Origin: an uncultured Verrucomicrobiae bacterium | GTDB taxonomy: Bacteria > Verrucomicrobiota > Verrucomicrobiia > Chthoniobacterales > Chthoniobacteraceae | Direction: 5' to 3' | Length of the DNA stretch: 64,000 bases | NCBI GenBank assembly: GCA_963836755.1 | Contig: CAWIKF010000002.1 | Coordinates: forward strand, 2,144,001 to 2,208,000 | Shown here: piece by piece, positions 9,748 through 19,152 of the stretch | Position numbering within the stretch: the first letter of the stretch is position 1 | Layout of the letters: each line of letters begins with the position of its first letter | Made by a program: the position numbers and the translations under genes | Notes under the pieces: generated by a model | Database searches by the model: none | Told to the model about the DNA's origin: nothing | What the model saw: the letters and a program-made list of their open reading frames with translations, nothing else

Positions 9748-10536
9748 CTATTTGACGGGGTCGGCTATATCGAAGCCGCCAAAGTGAAACGGATGGCGCG
9801 GCGGCAGATTTTGGAAAATTTCATCCAGCGGGATCCAGACTTTGGCGTTTTCATCGTCAGCGTGCAGCTTGGCGCCGATGCGTGCGGGGAGCGCGGAAAT
9901 GAAATCGGTGAGCGAAATTTCAACATGACCGCTATCGAGATGAGGCTCGATCCATGCGAGCGGCAGACTCACTCGCGCATGCTCATCGGGCATTTCGGAA
10001 TTGCCAAGCACCTCGCTCGGCATGAGTCGAAATATGGCGCCAAGGTTCAAAGAAATGTTTTTCGGCAGCGACTCATCGGGCTTCGTCGCGGGCGTTGGCA
10101 GCGCGGCCGTTGGCGGCGCGGGTTCGTGACCATTCGCTTTAGTTTGAATTGGCTGCGAACCTTGCTGTGAAGCCGCTTCCGAGACATGAGCGCGCTGCGG
10201 CAACGGGTGCACTTCGATCTGCTCGACCAGTTTTTGCAGCGGAAGTGGAACCTCGATATTTTCCGCGAGATCGAGCTCGTCTCGGAAAATATCGGGACAA
10301 AGTTTCGTGATTTGCGAAAGCGAAACGGCGACGCGGCCGCGCTCGATTTCCTTGCAAAGTTCTTCCATCGGAAAATGGATTTCGCGACTCGAATCATGCG
10401 CGCCCGGCTTTAAAAATCGCGGGGGAATTCGCGGAAGAATGTCGCCGAGACGCAACGTGATTTCAGGCTGGGAGGAACCAGTGCCGGGCTCTCCCGACTC
10501 GCTGTGGCCATTCATTTTCGTCGAGTTTAACTCCAT
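9748..10536 (-). CDS. Hypothetical protein with two copies of an ~85-aa domain joined by a Pro/Gln/Ala linker
   Basis: ITLRLGDILPRIP...GRVAVSLSQI...VPLPLQKLVEQI aligns with ISLNLGAIFRLMP...GHVEISLTDF...VWIPLDEIFQNL. Confidence 0.7.
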   Translation of the reverse strand: MELNSTKMNGHSESGEPGTGSSQPEITLRLGDILPRIPPRFLKPGAHDSSREIHFPMEELCKEIERGRVAVSLSQITKLCPDIFRDELDLAENIEVPLPLQKLVEQIEVHPLPQRAHVSEAASQQGSQPIQTKANGHEPAPPTAALPTPATKPDESLPKNISLNLGAIFRLMPSEVLGNSEMPDEHARVSLPLAWIEPHLDSGHVEISLTDFISALPARIGAKLHADDENAKVWIPLDEIFQNLPPRHPFHFGGFDIADPVK

Positions 10537-10554
10537 AAACTAAAAGCGCCAGTG

Positions 10555-12264
10555 CTAGTGGTCTTCGGCAGTCACGCGGCAGATTTCCTCCAGCGTCGTC
10601 ACGCCTTCTCGTGCTTTGTCGATGCCGACCATGCGCAGCGTGCGCATCCCTTCGGCGATTGCCTGATTTTTGATCACGGCGGCCGAAGCGCGCTTGATGA
10701 TGAGACGCCGGATCGCTTCGCTGACCGTTAACACTTCGAGAATGGCGACGCGACCGAGATAGCCGCGGCGCTTGCAGCGGTCGCAGCCCGCGCCGCGGAA
10801 AAAGACGGTGTCCGATGGATCGAGCCCCATTTTTTCCAGCATCTCCGCCTCGGGTTGAAACTCTTCGCGGCAGTTCGGGCAGACGCGCCGCACGAGCCGC
10901 TGCGCGCATGTCAGCAGGATCGAGGTAGAAATCAAAAACGGCTCGATACCCATGTCGTCGAGACGCGTGATGGCGCCCGCGGCGTCGTTTGTGTGCAAAG
11001 TCGAGAGCACCTGGTGGCCGGTGAGCGCGGCCTTCACCGCGATGTCCGCCGTTTCGTTGTCGCGAATTTCACCGATCATCACGATGTCCGGATCCTGGCG
11101 CAAAATCGAGCGAAGCGCGCCGGCGAAATCGAGGCCGATGTCGCTCTTGACCGCGACCTGGTTCACGCCCGCGAGCTGATATTCGATCGGGTCTTCGACG
11201 GTGACAATGTTGTAGTCCGGGTTGTTTAACTCCTGAAGCACAGTGTAAAGCGTCGTGGTTTTGCCCGAGCCTGTGGGGCCGGTCACCAGAATCATCCCGT
11301 GCGGTGCGTCGATCGCGCGCTTGAATTGCGTCAAAGTTGACTCATCCATGCCGAGCTGTTCAATCGAGCCGGAGAGCGCGCTTTTATCTAAAAGACGGAT
11401 GACGATTTTCTCGCCGTGCACTGTCGGCAGCACGGAAATACGCAAGTCCACTTCCTTGCCCGAAACGCGAATGCGGAATCGGCCGTCCTGCGGGAGTCGC
11501 CGCTCCGCGATGTCCAGTCCGGCCAAAATTTTGATGCGCGACGCGATCGGGAGCTGCAGCGATTTCGGCGGCGAGCTGGCCTCGATGAGCGCGCCGTCCA
11601 CACGGTAACGCAGCTTCAGCGATTTCTCGAACGGCTCGATGTGGATGTCGCTTGCCTTCTCTTTCAAAGCCTGCACGAGGATCAGATTGACGATCTTGAT
11701 GACGGGCGCGTCCTCGCTTTGATGCGCGAGGCGGTCGAGATCGATGTCCTCGCGTTTTTGCTGAACGATCTCGGTGTCGGTGGTCGCCGTCGCGGCTTCC
11801 TTCAACATGGTTTCCATCGCCTGACCGGCGGAATTGACACCGCTGAGCGCTTCCATCACCGAGCGCTCGGTCGTGATCATCGGCACGATCTCGAGCTTCG
11901 TGCGCTGACGCAGATCGTCGAGCGCGAGCACGTTGAGCGGATCGGCCATCGCTACGAAAAGTTTGCTGCCGAGTCGGCAGATCGGCGCGAGTTTATAAGC
12001 GCGCGCCATTTCCTTCGGCACGAGATCGAGCACTTCTTCCGGCACGCGAACTTTGGATAAATTGATCGGCGCAGTATCGAGGCAGCGGCCCATGGAAATC
12101 ACCATGTCCTGCTCGGTGACGAAGTTGCGGTCCGTTAACAGTTTGAGTAAACGGCCGCCCTGCTTTTTCTGGATCTCCATCACTTCCTCGAGCTGCGCGG
12201 GCAGCAGCAGGCCGTCCTCGATCAGGACATCTGCGATGCGTTCTCCGAAAGATTTAATGCTCAT
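10555..12264 (-). CDS. pilB: Type IV pilus / type II secretion assembly ATPase (PilB/GspE)
   Basis: ASDIHIEP, GPTGSGKTTT, TVEDPIEY, LRQDPDIVMIGEIRD, CPNC...CDRC zinc site, N-terminal MshEN-like region. Confidence 0.93.
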   Translation of the reverse strand: MSIKSFGERIADVLIEDGLLLPAQLEEVMEIQKKQGGRLLKLLTDRNFVTEQDMVISMGRCLDTAPINLSKVRVPEEVLDLVPKEMARAYKLAPICRLGSKLFVAMADPLNVLALDDLRQRTKLEIVPMITTERSVMEALSGVNSAGQAMETMLKEAATATTDTEIVQQKREDIDLDRLAHQSEDAPVIKIVNLILVQALKEKASDIHIEPFEKSLKLRYRVDGALIEASSPPKSLQLPIASRIKILAGLDIAERRLPQDGRFRIRVSGKEVDLRISVLPTVHGEKIVIRLLDKSALSGSIEQLGMDESTLTQFKRAIDAPHGMILVTGPTGSGKTTTLYTVLQELNNPDYNIVTVEDPIEYQLAGVNQVAVKSDIGLDFAGALRSILRQDPDIVMIGEIRDNETADIAVKAALTGHQVLSTLHTNDAAGAITRLDDMGIEPFLISTSILLTCAQRLVRRVCPNCREEFQPEAEMLEKMGLDPSDTVFFRGAGCDRCKRRGYLGRVAILEVLTVSEAIRRLIIKRASAAVIKNQAIAEGMRTLRMVGIDKAREGVTTLEEICRVTAEDH

Positions 12265-12281
12265 AAAAAAAGTCCGGCAGA

Positions 12282-13226
12282 TCAGTCACGCGAATCGAGC
12301 CGATACGTATCGCGCAAAACTTTCGCGATCGCGCCCGGCGCCGCCACGTGCCATTGAATGTTGTAGTCGAGCAGCTGCTGGACCGCTTCCTTGCCTTGCG
12401 CGTCAAACGGATTTGCCATCGCCACCATCATCGTCCGGCTCACGAGATCGAACGGCACGATCAGTCGCCCAAGCGTCAAAGTTTCTGGCAAAGTCTTCAC
12501 GATCTGCCGGTCGACGTCGTAGCAATCGAGCGGGATGAAAGCGAACTTCGATCTGTCTAAAATTCCGCAAAGCAGCGGCTCAAGTTGCACGACATCCATG
12601 CGGCTGATTTCGTCGATGAGCGACGCCGCCAGCGCCTGCCCGCCGGTGCTCTTGTTGATCTTGTTCACTCGCTCCAACGCCGCCATCACCACATCTTCCG
12701 GCGCGAGCTTGTGCTGGATTAAAAATTTCGCCAGCGGCTCATTGCCATCGCTCTCGAGCTTGATCTGCACGCCGCTCACGTCCGACTTCACCGTCGAGTT
12801 CGTCGTGATCAAAGTCGGGTCATCCGCAACCACCGAATTGAAATCCACCGAGATCGCCGATGCCGCCGTTTCGCCAGTCGATGGCGCCGGACCTTGCAGC
12901 TTCAATTCCACTTCGCCCAACATTGCCACCACATCCGCGGCCTCCGGATCCTTCTGCAGAATTCCCTCATACTCGAGCAGCGCCGAAGCGTATTGGCCGA
13001 GCGAATAATACGTGTCCGCGAGCTGCCGCGTGATATTCAGCGCATCTTTCTGGCGTCCCACTTTCCAATACGCCTCCTTCAAAATATCCATCGAGCCAGT
13101 GTCCTGCTTGTTCGCTTGCAGGATCACCTCGAACATCTGGATTGTCTGGAGAATCTGCTCGAGATCCTCGTTGGAAACGGATGGCGCGATGGTCATTTTA
13201 GTCTCCACTTCCTTAGCTAAAACCAT
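12282..13226 (-). CDS. TPR-like N-terminus plus GspE/PilB N-terminal-like domain protein (no ATPase domain)
   Basis: LADTYYSLGQYASALLEYEGIL (TPR-like). The C-terminal LIVPFDLVSRTMMVAMANPFD resembles PilB LAPICRLGSKLFVAMADPLN. Confidence 0.75.
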   Translation of the reverse strand: MVLAKEVETKMTIAPSVSNEDLEQILQTIQMFEVILQANKQDTGSMDILKEAYWKVGRQKDALNITRQLADTYYSLGQYASALLEYEGILQKDPEAADVVAMLGEVELKLQGPAPSTGETAASAISVDFNSVVADDPTLITTNSTVKSDVSGVQIKLESDGNEPLAKFLIQHKLAPEDVVMAALERVNKINKSTGGQALAASLIDEISRMDVVQLEPLLCGILDRSKFAFIPLDCYDVDRQIVKTLPETLTLGRLIVPFDLVSRTMMVAMANPFDAQGKEAVQQLLDYNIQWHVAAPGAIAKVLRDTYRLDSRD

Positions 13227-13331
13227 GCCTCGCTCACCTTTCTCGACATATTTGAGAAAATTCCCCGGCTCACTCCTCCTCTCAAAAGCTTAAAACATGC
13301 GACGCATGCTCAAAATCAACTCAGCGCGAAT

Positions 13332-15278
13332 TCAAGATTCCGGCAGCAACTTGTAAATCCACATTTGGTTCTGCGGCAGGGCCGCGAGCAATTCCAGTCC
13401 CTGCACGGCTGGATCGGCAAGCAGCCGGCCGAAGACGAAGTAACGGATGCCCGCCGCGCGCAACGCCGGGTTTGCCGGATGAACAACGACGACGTGTGCT
13501 GGAAAACCGAGATAACGGACGTCAAAGACAGTGCGGTCACGCGGCATGAAAAAGCAGGAAAAGGCGTAACGGTTGTAGATCGCTGCGCAGCGGCCGGCGG
13601 GATCGAGCCTGCGGTAAAATGCGAGGTCAGGGACAACTTTGACGCCAGTGACAACGCCCGCGCCCATCGCCATCAGAAACTCAGAAAAAACATTGTTTTC
13701 ATAGACCGCCCATTTTCCGTTGGGATCGCTGCGAATGATCTTTTCGACGGCGGCGGCGGGCGTGGCCTGAAGCAAAGGCGCAAGGCCAGTCATGACAGGA
13801 TTGATGAATGCGGTGTCGGCTGCGAGGAAGGCGACGAAGCCAATTTGAAAAAAACGCGCGGGCAAATTCAAAAAAGCGATGAGGAGAGCGAGGTTGATCG
13901 CGAGCAGGAGGACGATGCGCGACTGGGTGAGGAATTTCGGATTGGCGGGTGCGGAGGCGCTTAGATAAAGGAACACGAGGCTGCCGAGGAGTGCGATGAG
14001 AATGAGGAGTGTGCGGGCTTTGAGCGCCGAGAGTTCTTTTTTTAAGAGCGGAAAAGTGATGGTGACGAAGAGGATTCCAGCAACGCCAATCCCGAGGAGC
14101 ATCCGCACTTCAGTGCAAAAACCGAGCAGCGTGGCGCTGCAAAACCACGGCGGCAGCGGGCAAAGCGCGTAGAGTTGAAAAAGCGCGATGAGCGCGAGCA
14201 GGGCAAGTGCGACAGCGTGACGGCGTGGCGCGGCGAAGAGGGCGCGCGCGGTGATGAGGCAGGCGGGAATCCAGAGCGGGAGAAAGTTTGCGGCTTCGTT
14301 GGCCTGGCCGAAGCGGTCGGGAAAGCGGGTCTCGGAGTTGAAGAAGTCAATCAGACCGGAAAAAAGTTGCGTCCACGCGAGCCCGCCGCCGTTTGTGCGC
14401 CGCTGGCCGGGATAGCTGGTGGCGGCGATGATTTCGAAGGTCTGGCGGCATTCAATGAGGAAAGGAATGAGGAGCGCGGCGATGACGAGCAGCGCTGCGC
14501 CGAGCCACGCCGCGCCGAGCAAAGTGTCGCGCCGGGAGCCGGAGCGGTGCTGGATGAAAAACGCGCCGAAGATGCCGAGGCCGAGATAGAGGAGCGGGAT
14601 TTGAAACGGCGGATAAAGGCAGAGGATGAAGTCGAGTGCAGCAACGATGAAAACGGCGATCGCACCTGCGCGCACCGTCCAGCGCGCAGTGCGGACGATT
14701 TTTACGGCGGCAACGAGCGCGAGCGCCCAGCACGCGAGCATCTCCGGCAACATCGGCGGACACGAAAACCACCATTGCACATAGTGCGAAAAAAAGAGCC
14801 AGAGACTGCCGAAAAGGCTGAGCGAGAAGCTGCCGGTGAGCATTCGCAGCAAAAGAAAAATCGCAGCGATCAAGCCGAAGATTTTCGCGTTCCAATACCA
14901 GGCGTAGCCGCGCTCGACGTCGAAGATGAAAAAACCCCAGAGCTGCGGGCGAAAGCACATCGTGTAGTCGCGCACTGGGAGGTTGTAAATCAGCGGCGTG
15001 CGACCAGCGCCGAGCGAACTGTTTTCAGCAGGAAAGTCGAGTCGCGCCTGCGAGAGGAGCGCTGGCGTCCAGACTTCCCACTCGTCAGAGCGGACGTCCT
15101 TCGGCGTAGAAAGAAGGAGGCCGCCGGACGGGCCGCTATCTTTCAAATAACTTTTCCAAATGAAGACCGACGAGCCGTTAAGACGAAACACGACGCCCGC
15201 GAAAAAGAGCGCGGCGCACACGAGCAGAAACCATTTGTCCCGGGAAAGTCCGCAGGCCGCGAACCACTGATTCACCAT
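13332..15278 (-). CDS. Polytopic membrane protein, putative GT-C-fold glycosyltransferase
   Basis: More than 10 hydrophobic helices, acidic RSDEW motif in the first external loop, YPPFQIP, YPGQR. Confidence 0.6.
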   Translation of the reverse strand: MVNQWFAACGLSRDKWFLLVCAALFFAGVVFRLNGSSVFIWKSYLKDSGPSGGLLLSTPKDVRSDEWEVWTPALLSQARLDFPAENSSLGAGRTPLIYNLPVRDYTMCFRPQLWGFFIFDVERGYAWYWNAKIFGLIAAIFLLLRMLTGSFSLSLFGSLWLFFSHYVQWWFSCPPMLPEMLACWALALVAAVKIVRTARWTVRAGAIAVFIVAALDFILCLYPPFQIPLLYLGLGIFGAFFIQHRSGSRRDTLLGAAWLGAALLVIAALLIPFLIECRQTFEIIAATSYPGQRRTNGGGLAWTQLFSGLIDFFNSETRFPDRFGQANEAANFLPLWIPACLITARALFAAPRRHAVALALLALIALFQLYALCPLPPWFCSATLLGFCTEVRMLLGIGVAGILFVTITFPLLKKELSALKARTLLILIALLGSLVFLYLSASAPANPKFLTQSRIVLLLAINLALLIAFLNLPARFFQIGFVAFLAADTAFINPVMTGLAPLLQATPAAAVEKIIRSDPNGKWAVYENNVFSEFLMAMGAGVVTGVKVVPDLAFYRRLDPAGRCAAIYNRYAFSCFFMPRDRTVFDVRYLGFPAHVVVVHPANPALRAAGIRYFVFGRLLADPAVQGLELLAALPQNQMWIYKLLPES

Positions 15279-15319
15279 CAGCCTTCCATCTTTTGCGCGA
15301 CGGAGAGAACCTCCGGCCT

Positions 15320-15802
15320 TTAAAACGGAATGTCGTCTTCGGCAGCGTCCAGGTCGGGATCGACCGCTGTTTTGGGTGGAGACTTTGGCGCGCTTTTTTG
15401 GAAACTTTTTCCACCGCCACCACCGCTGCCTTCGTCACTGAAGCCACCGCCGCTGCCGCCACCACCATCGCGCGAGCCGAGGAATTGCATCCCCTCGGCG
15501 ACGACTCGGAGTTTGCTCCGCTTCGCGCCGGATTGCTTGTCATCCCACGTATCGAGCTGGAGCCGACCTTCGATGAAAACCGGCCGGCCTTTTTTCAAAT
15601 ATTCGCCCGCGATTTCAGCCTGCCGACCCCAAAGCGTGACGTCGACGAAAGTGACTTCCTCGCGCTTCTCGCCATTTTCAGCGGTGAAGTTGCGGTTGAT
15701 GGCCATGCCAATCTCGCACACGGCCGTCCCCTTGGGCGTGTAGCGGATTTCGGGGTCTCGCGTGAGGTTCCCCATCAACATGACTTTGTTTAGATTAGCC
15801 AT
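15320..15802 (-). CDS. ssb: Single-stranded DNA-binding protein
   Basis: NKVMLMGNLTRDPEIRYTP, C-terminal DDIPF. Confidence 0.98.
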   Translation of the reverse strand: MANLNKVMLMGNLTRDPEIRYTPKGTAVCEIGMAINRNFTAENGEKREEVTFVDVTLWGRQAEIAGEYLKKGRPVFIEGRLQLDTWDDKQSGAKRSKLRVVAEGMQFLGSRDGGGGSGGGFSDEGSGGGGGKSFQKSAPKSPPKTAVDPDLDAAEDDIPF

Positions 15803-15811
15803 GCGGCGAGC

Positions 15812-16162
15812 CTAGTGAGCCTGCGCTTTCTTCGCATTCTTTTCTTTCGCCGGCTTCTCCTTGCGCGGTTTTGTGCGGATCAATTTCTGGTAGTGCTGGC
15901 GGTAAACTTCAGCATCGAGTTTGAATTTTGCGCGCAGTTTATCGATGAGCTGCGGCTCGGCCTCGAAGATGAAATTGACGTAAAAGCCCGAGTCGAGCGG
16001 TCCGGCAACGTATGTAAACCGTCGTTTATCCATCCGTTGAACCTGCTGGATCTTGGCGCCTTCTTTTTTGAACTCACCCTCGAGGCGTTCGATGATGTCG
16101 TTGGCGCTCTCTTCGGTGCCTTTGGTGTTGAGGACGAGAAGTCCTTCGTAGCGATTGGTCAT
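15812..16162 (-). CDS. rpsF: 30S ribosomal protein S6
   Basis: RYEGLLVL...GFYVNFIF. Position next to ssb. Confidence 0.9.
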   Translation of the reverse strand: MTNRYEGLLVLNTKGTEESANDIIERLEGEFKKEGAKIQQVQRMDKRRFTYVAGPLDSGFYVNFIFEAEPQLIDKLRAKFKLDAEVYRQHYQKLIRTKPRKEKPAKEKNAKKAQAH

Positions 16163-16178
16163 TTGTCGGTTGTGTTAT

Positions 16179-16748
16179 TTAGTTAAAACGATTGCGTGCG
16201 GCGTCGATTCCATGCTGCTGCGCAAAGTCGATCGCATCGGCCGCGCGTGCGAGACTTTCCTCGAGCGTCTCCGTTTCCTCGCCGCTGAAACGGCCGAGCA
16301 CGTGATGGACGAGCGTGCGCCCTTCCGCCGCGCCGATGCCGACGCGAAGGCGAGGAACTTCCTCGGTGCCGAGATGATCGAGGATCGATTGCAGGCCATT
16401 GTGCCCGCCGGCAGAACCGCCGGGACGAAGGCGCAACTTTCCGAGCGGCAGCGCGACGTCGTCGAGAACGATGAGCGTTTCGCGCGGCCCGATTTTGTAA
16501 AAGCGGCTCAGTTCCGCGACGGGCTGGCCGCTCTGATTCATGTAGCTAAGCGGCTTGCAGAGCGTCACGCCCGCGCGCGCGGCGATGTCCGCGTCCCATT
16601 TGGACTCGTGGCGAAATGGAATTGCGGCGCGCTGTGCGAGGCGGTCGAGAATCATGAAGCCGACGTTGTGGCGCGTCTGCCCATACTCGCGGCCCGGATT
16701 TCCGAGACCGACGATGAGGCGAAAGAGCGGCGCTGTTTCTGCATCCAC
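16179..16748 (-). CDS. pth: Peptidyl-tRNA hydrolase
   Basis: LIVGLGNPG...TRHNVGF, GGHNGL. Confidence 0.97.
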   Translation of the reverse strand: MDAETAPLFRLIVGLGNPGREYGQTRHNVGFMILDRLAQRAAIPFRHESKWDADIAARAGVTLCKPLSYMNQSGQPVAELSRFYKIGPRETLIVLDDVALPLGKLRLRPGGSAGGHNGLQSILDHLGTEEVPRLRVGIGAAEGRTLVHHVLGRFSGEETETLEESLARAADAIDFAQQHGIDAARNRFN

Positions 16749-16787
16749 ACGGCGTTAAAGTTTGTTGTCGCGGCCGGAAAGGCGCGC

Positions 16788-17459
16788 CTACTTTTTCTCC
16801 TTTTCGTCGGCAGCCGGTTCTTCCTTTTTCTCCTTGATGACTTCCGGTTGGGCAGGAGTCTCGGAAGCCGCGGCGGGCTCTTCCTCGACCTTCGGCTCCG
16901 CACAGAGGAAAACCGTCAGATCCGCATCGTCGAGCGCGACGACGCCATCCGGAAGCTGGATGTGCTTCACGTGAATCGAGTCGCCGATGTTCAGCCCTGA
17001 GACATTGATCCGGATGATTTCCGGCAAATCGCCGGGCAAGCATTCGATCTCGAGCGAGCGCAGACTTTGCTCGAGAATGCCGCCAAAGTTTTTGACGCCG
17101 CTCGCCTCGCCCGTCGGCTCGATCGGGATTGAGGCCGTCAGCTTTTCGTTCATATTCACCGCGTGAAAATCGACGTGCAGCACATCGCCACTGAGCGGCG
17201 CGTGCTGGACTTCCTGGATCAATGCCATGCGTGTCGCCTTTGAGCCTGCGTTGTCGATTTCGAGTTCCACCAGAAAGTTTTCACCGACTGCGTGGCTGAG
17301 CAGCGCTTTGATGTCGCGAGCGGCGACCTGCAACGGCTGCGCCTCGGTTTTACCGCCATAGATCACGGCGGGGACGATCCCTTTTTTCTTGAGGTGATTG
17401 ACCGCGGAGCGGCCGACGCCAGGACGAACCTGCGCGCTGAGTTTAACTTGTTTTGCCAT
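16788..17459 (-). CDS. rplY: 50S ribosomal protein L25/Ctc
   Basis: VPAVIYGG, LHVDF, Ctc C-terminal domain. Confidence 0.96.
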   Translation of the reverse strand: MAKQVKLSAQVRPGVGRSAVNHLKKKGIVPAVIYGGKTEAQPLQVAARDIKALLSHAVGENFLVELEIDNAGSKATRMALIQEVQHAPLSGDVLHVDFHAVNMNEKLTASIPIEPTGEASGVKNFGGILEQSLRSLEIECLPGDLPEIIRINVSGLNIGDSIHVKHIQLPDGVVALDDADLTVFLCAEPKVEEEPAAASETPAQPEVIKEKKEEPAADEKEKK

Positions 17460-17489
17460 ATATATTAGGTGGCCGGATTTTGCCGGCCG

Positions 17490-18449
17490 TCATTTCGAAC
17501 CGTTGATCTCGAACAGCGAGCTCACCGATTCATCGTTGTGGATGCGCTTGATTCCTTCGCCGAGCAACTCCGCAATGCAGAGCACATGCATGCGGCACAT
17601 GTCGCTCGAGCGGACGGGGACGCTGTTCGTCGTCACCAGTTCTTCAATTTCTGAACCTTTCAGCCGTTCGATCGCCAAGTCCGACAGCACCGCGTGCGAG
17701 ACGCCGGCGTAGATTTTGAGCGCGCCATGTTGTTTAAGGATGTTTGCCGCGCTTGTCAAGGTGCCCGCCGTTTCCGTGAGGTCATCGACAATAACGACAT
17801 TTTTGTTTTCGACCTCGCCGATGATGTAAAGCGACTTCGTTTCCGTGGCGCTGTCGCGGCGTTTCGCGACGATCGCGAGCGGCGCGGCGAGCGCCTGTGA
17901 ATATGCCGCCGCCATTTTCAAACCGCCGACATCGGGCGAGACGACCACGAGATCCTGAATGTTTTTCGAGCGCCAATATTTGATCAGCACCGGCAGCGCG
18001 TAAAGATGATCGACCGGGATGTCGAAAAATCCCGCGACCTGCTGCGCGTGCAGATCGACCGTGAGCACGCGATTCACGCCCGCAGCGACGAGGAGATTCG
18101 CGATCAACTTTGCCGTGATCGGCACCCGCGGCTGATCCTTTCGATCCTGGCGCGCGTAGCCAAAAAAAGGAATCACCGCCGTGATCCGCGACGCACTCGC
18201 GCGCCGCGCCGCGTCGGTCAAAATCAGCAGCTCCATCAAATTCTGGTTCGACGGCGGACACGTCGGCTGCACGATGAAAACGTCGCGACCGCGCACGTTC
18301 TCGTTGATTTTTACAAAAGTTTCACCGTCCGGAAAGGAGCTCACCGTCGCGTCGCCGAGCGGCACGCCGACGAATTTCGCGATCTGCTCAGCGAGCGCGG
18401 GATGCGCGGAGCCAGAGAAAATTTTCAATTCTGAATAGGAACGGTGCAT
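17490..18449 (-). CDS. prs: Ribose-phosphate pyrophosphokinase
   Basis: FPDGE, YARQDRK, VSPDVGG, VDDLTETAGT. Confidence 0.97.
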   Translation of the reverse strand: MHRSYSELKIFSGSAHPALAEQIAKFVGVPLGDATVSSFPDGETFVKINENVRGRDVFIVQPTCPPSNQNLMELLILTDAARRASASRITAVIPFFGYARQDRKDQPRVPITAKLIANLLVAAGVNRVLTVDLHAQQVAGFFDIPVDHLYALPVLIKYWRSKNIQDLVVVSPDVGGLKMAAAYSQALAAPLAIVAKRRDSATETKSLYIIGEVENKNVVIVDDLTETAGTLTSAANILKQHGALKIYAGVSHAVLSDLAIERLKGSEIEELVTTNSVPVRSSDMCRMHVLCIAELLGEGIKRIHNDESVSSLFEINGSK

Positions 18450-18578
18450 CGTGCCGCGCGAAACGGGAGGGCGACTTTAGTGCGCTCGGGTCGGATATCA
18501 ACCGCAAAAGCGCGACGTTCGCATGCGCCCCCATTTACGCTCGACTTCACGCGCGGCGAAGCGGATGAAATTTTGCTG

Positions 18579-19007
18579 ATGAACACGAAACGTCTCCTGC
18601 TCGCAATCGCCACTGTCTTCGCCGGCGCCTGGCTGACGGATTTTTTGATTCATGGCGTTTTGCTGCGCGGCGATTACCTGGCGTCGCAAAACTTGTGGCG
18701 CTCCGATGTGGAAATGCAGGCGCATTGCGGGTGGATTTTTGCCGGCGAAATTCTCGCGGCTGCCATGTTCGTGTTGATTTATGCCAAAGGCTTCGCCGCG
18801 CAAAATTGCCTTCGGTGCGCGTGCATCTACGGAGCGTGCATGGGCGTTTTTAATCAAGCGGCTTCGCTCATCAGCTACGCCGTGGAGCCGCTGCCGGGAC
18901 TGCTCGTGGCGAAATGGTTTTGCTGCGGAGTCGCGCAGGCAGTGCTGATGGGCGCGGTGGTTTTTTTCGTTTACAAACCGAATCCGGCAATCGAGCCCGA
19001 ACGCTGA
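18579..19007 (+). CDS. Small four-TM membrane protein of unknown function
   Basis: 142 aa with four hydrophobic segments (DFLIHGVLLRGDY...LWR). Confidence 0.75.
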   Translation: MNTKRLLLAIATVFAGAWLTDFLIHGVLLRGDYLASQNLWRSDVEMQAHCGWIFAGEILAAAMFVLIYAKGFAAQNCLRCACIYGACMGVFNQAASLISYAVEPLPGLLVAKWFCCGVAQAVLMGAVVFFVYKPNPAIEPER

Positions 19008-19152
19008 CGCGTCCCGGGAAGCATTTACTCGAGGGCGATCCCTGCTTCATCAAGTAGCGGCGAACGGACGCAAAGAGAATCTGCGAGGCGCTTCGCGCGC
19101 AGCGATTTTTGTGACTTCGCAGCGCGATTTTTCGGCGTATATTTCGCGCATC

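Noticed and set aside
14175..15323. 382-aa plus-strand ORF, and similar antisense ORFs such as 23937-24944(-), 38592-39746(-) and 62009-62953(+)
   Set aside because: These are antisense shadows of real genes, expected in high-GC DNA.
19008..19110. Hairpin GAAGCA...TGCTTC upstream of dnaE as an ncRNA or tRNA
   Set aside because: Only a 6-bp stem, with no cloverleaf, T-loop or other supporting motif.
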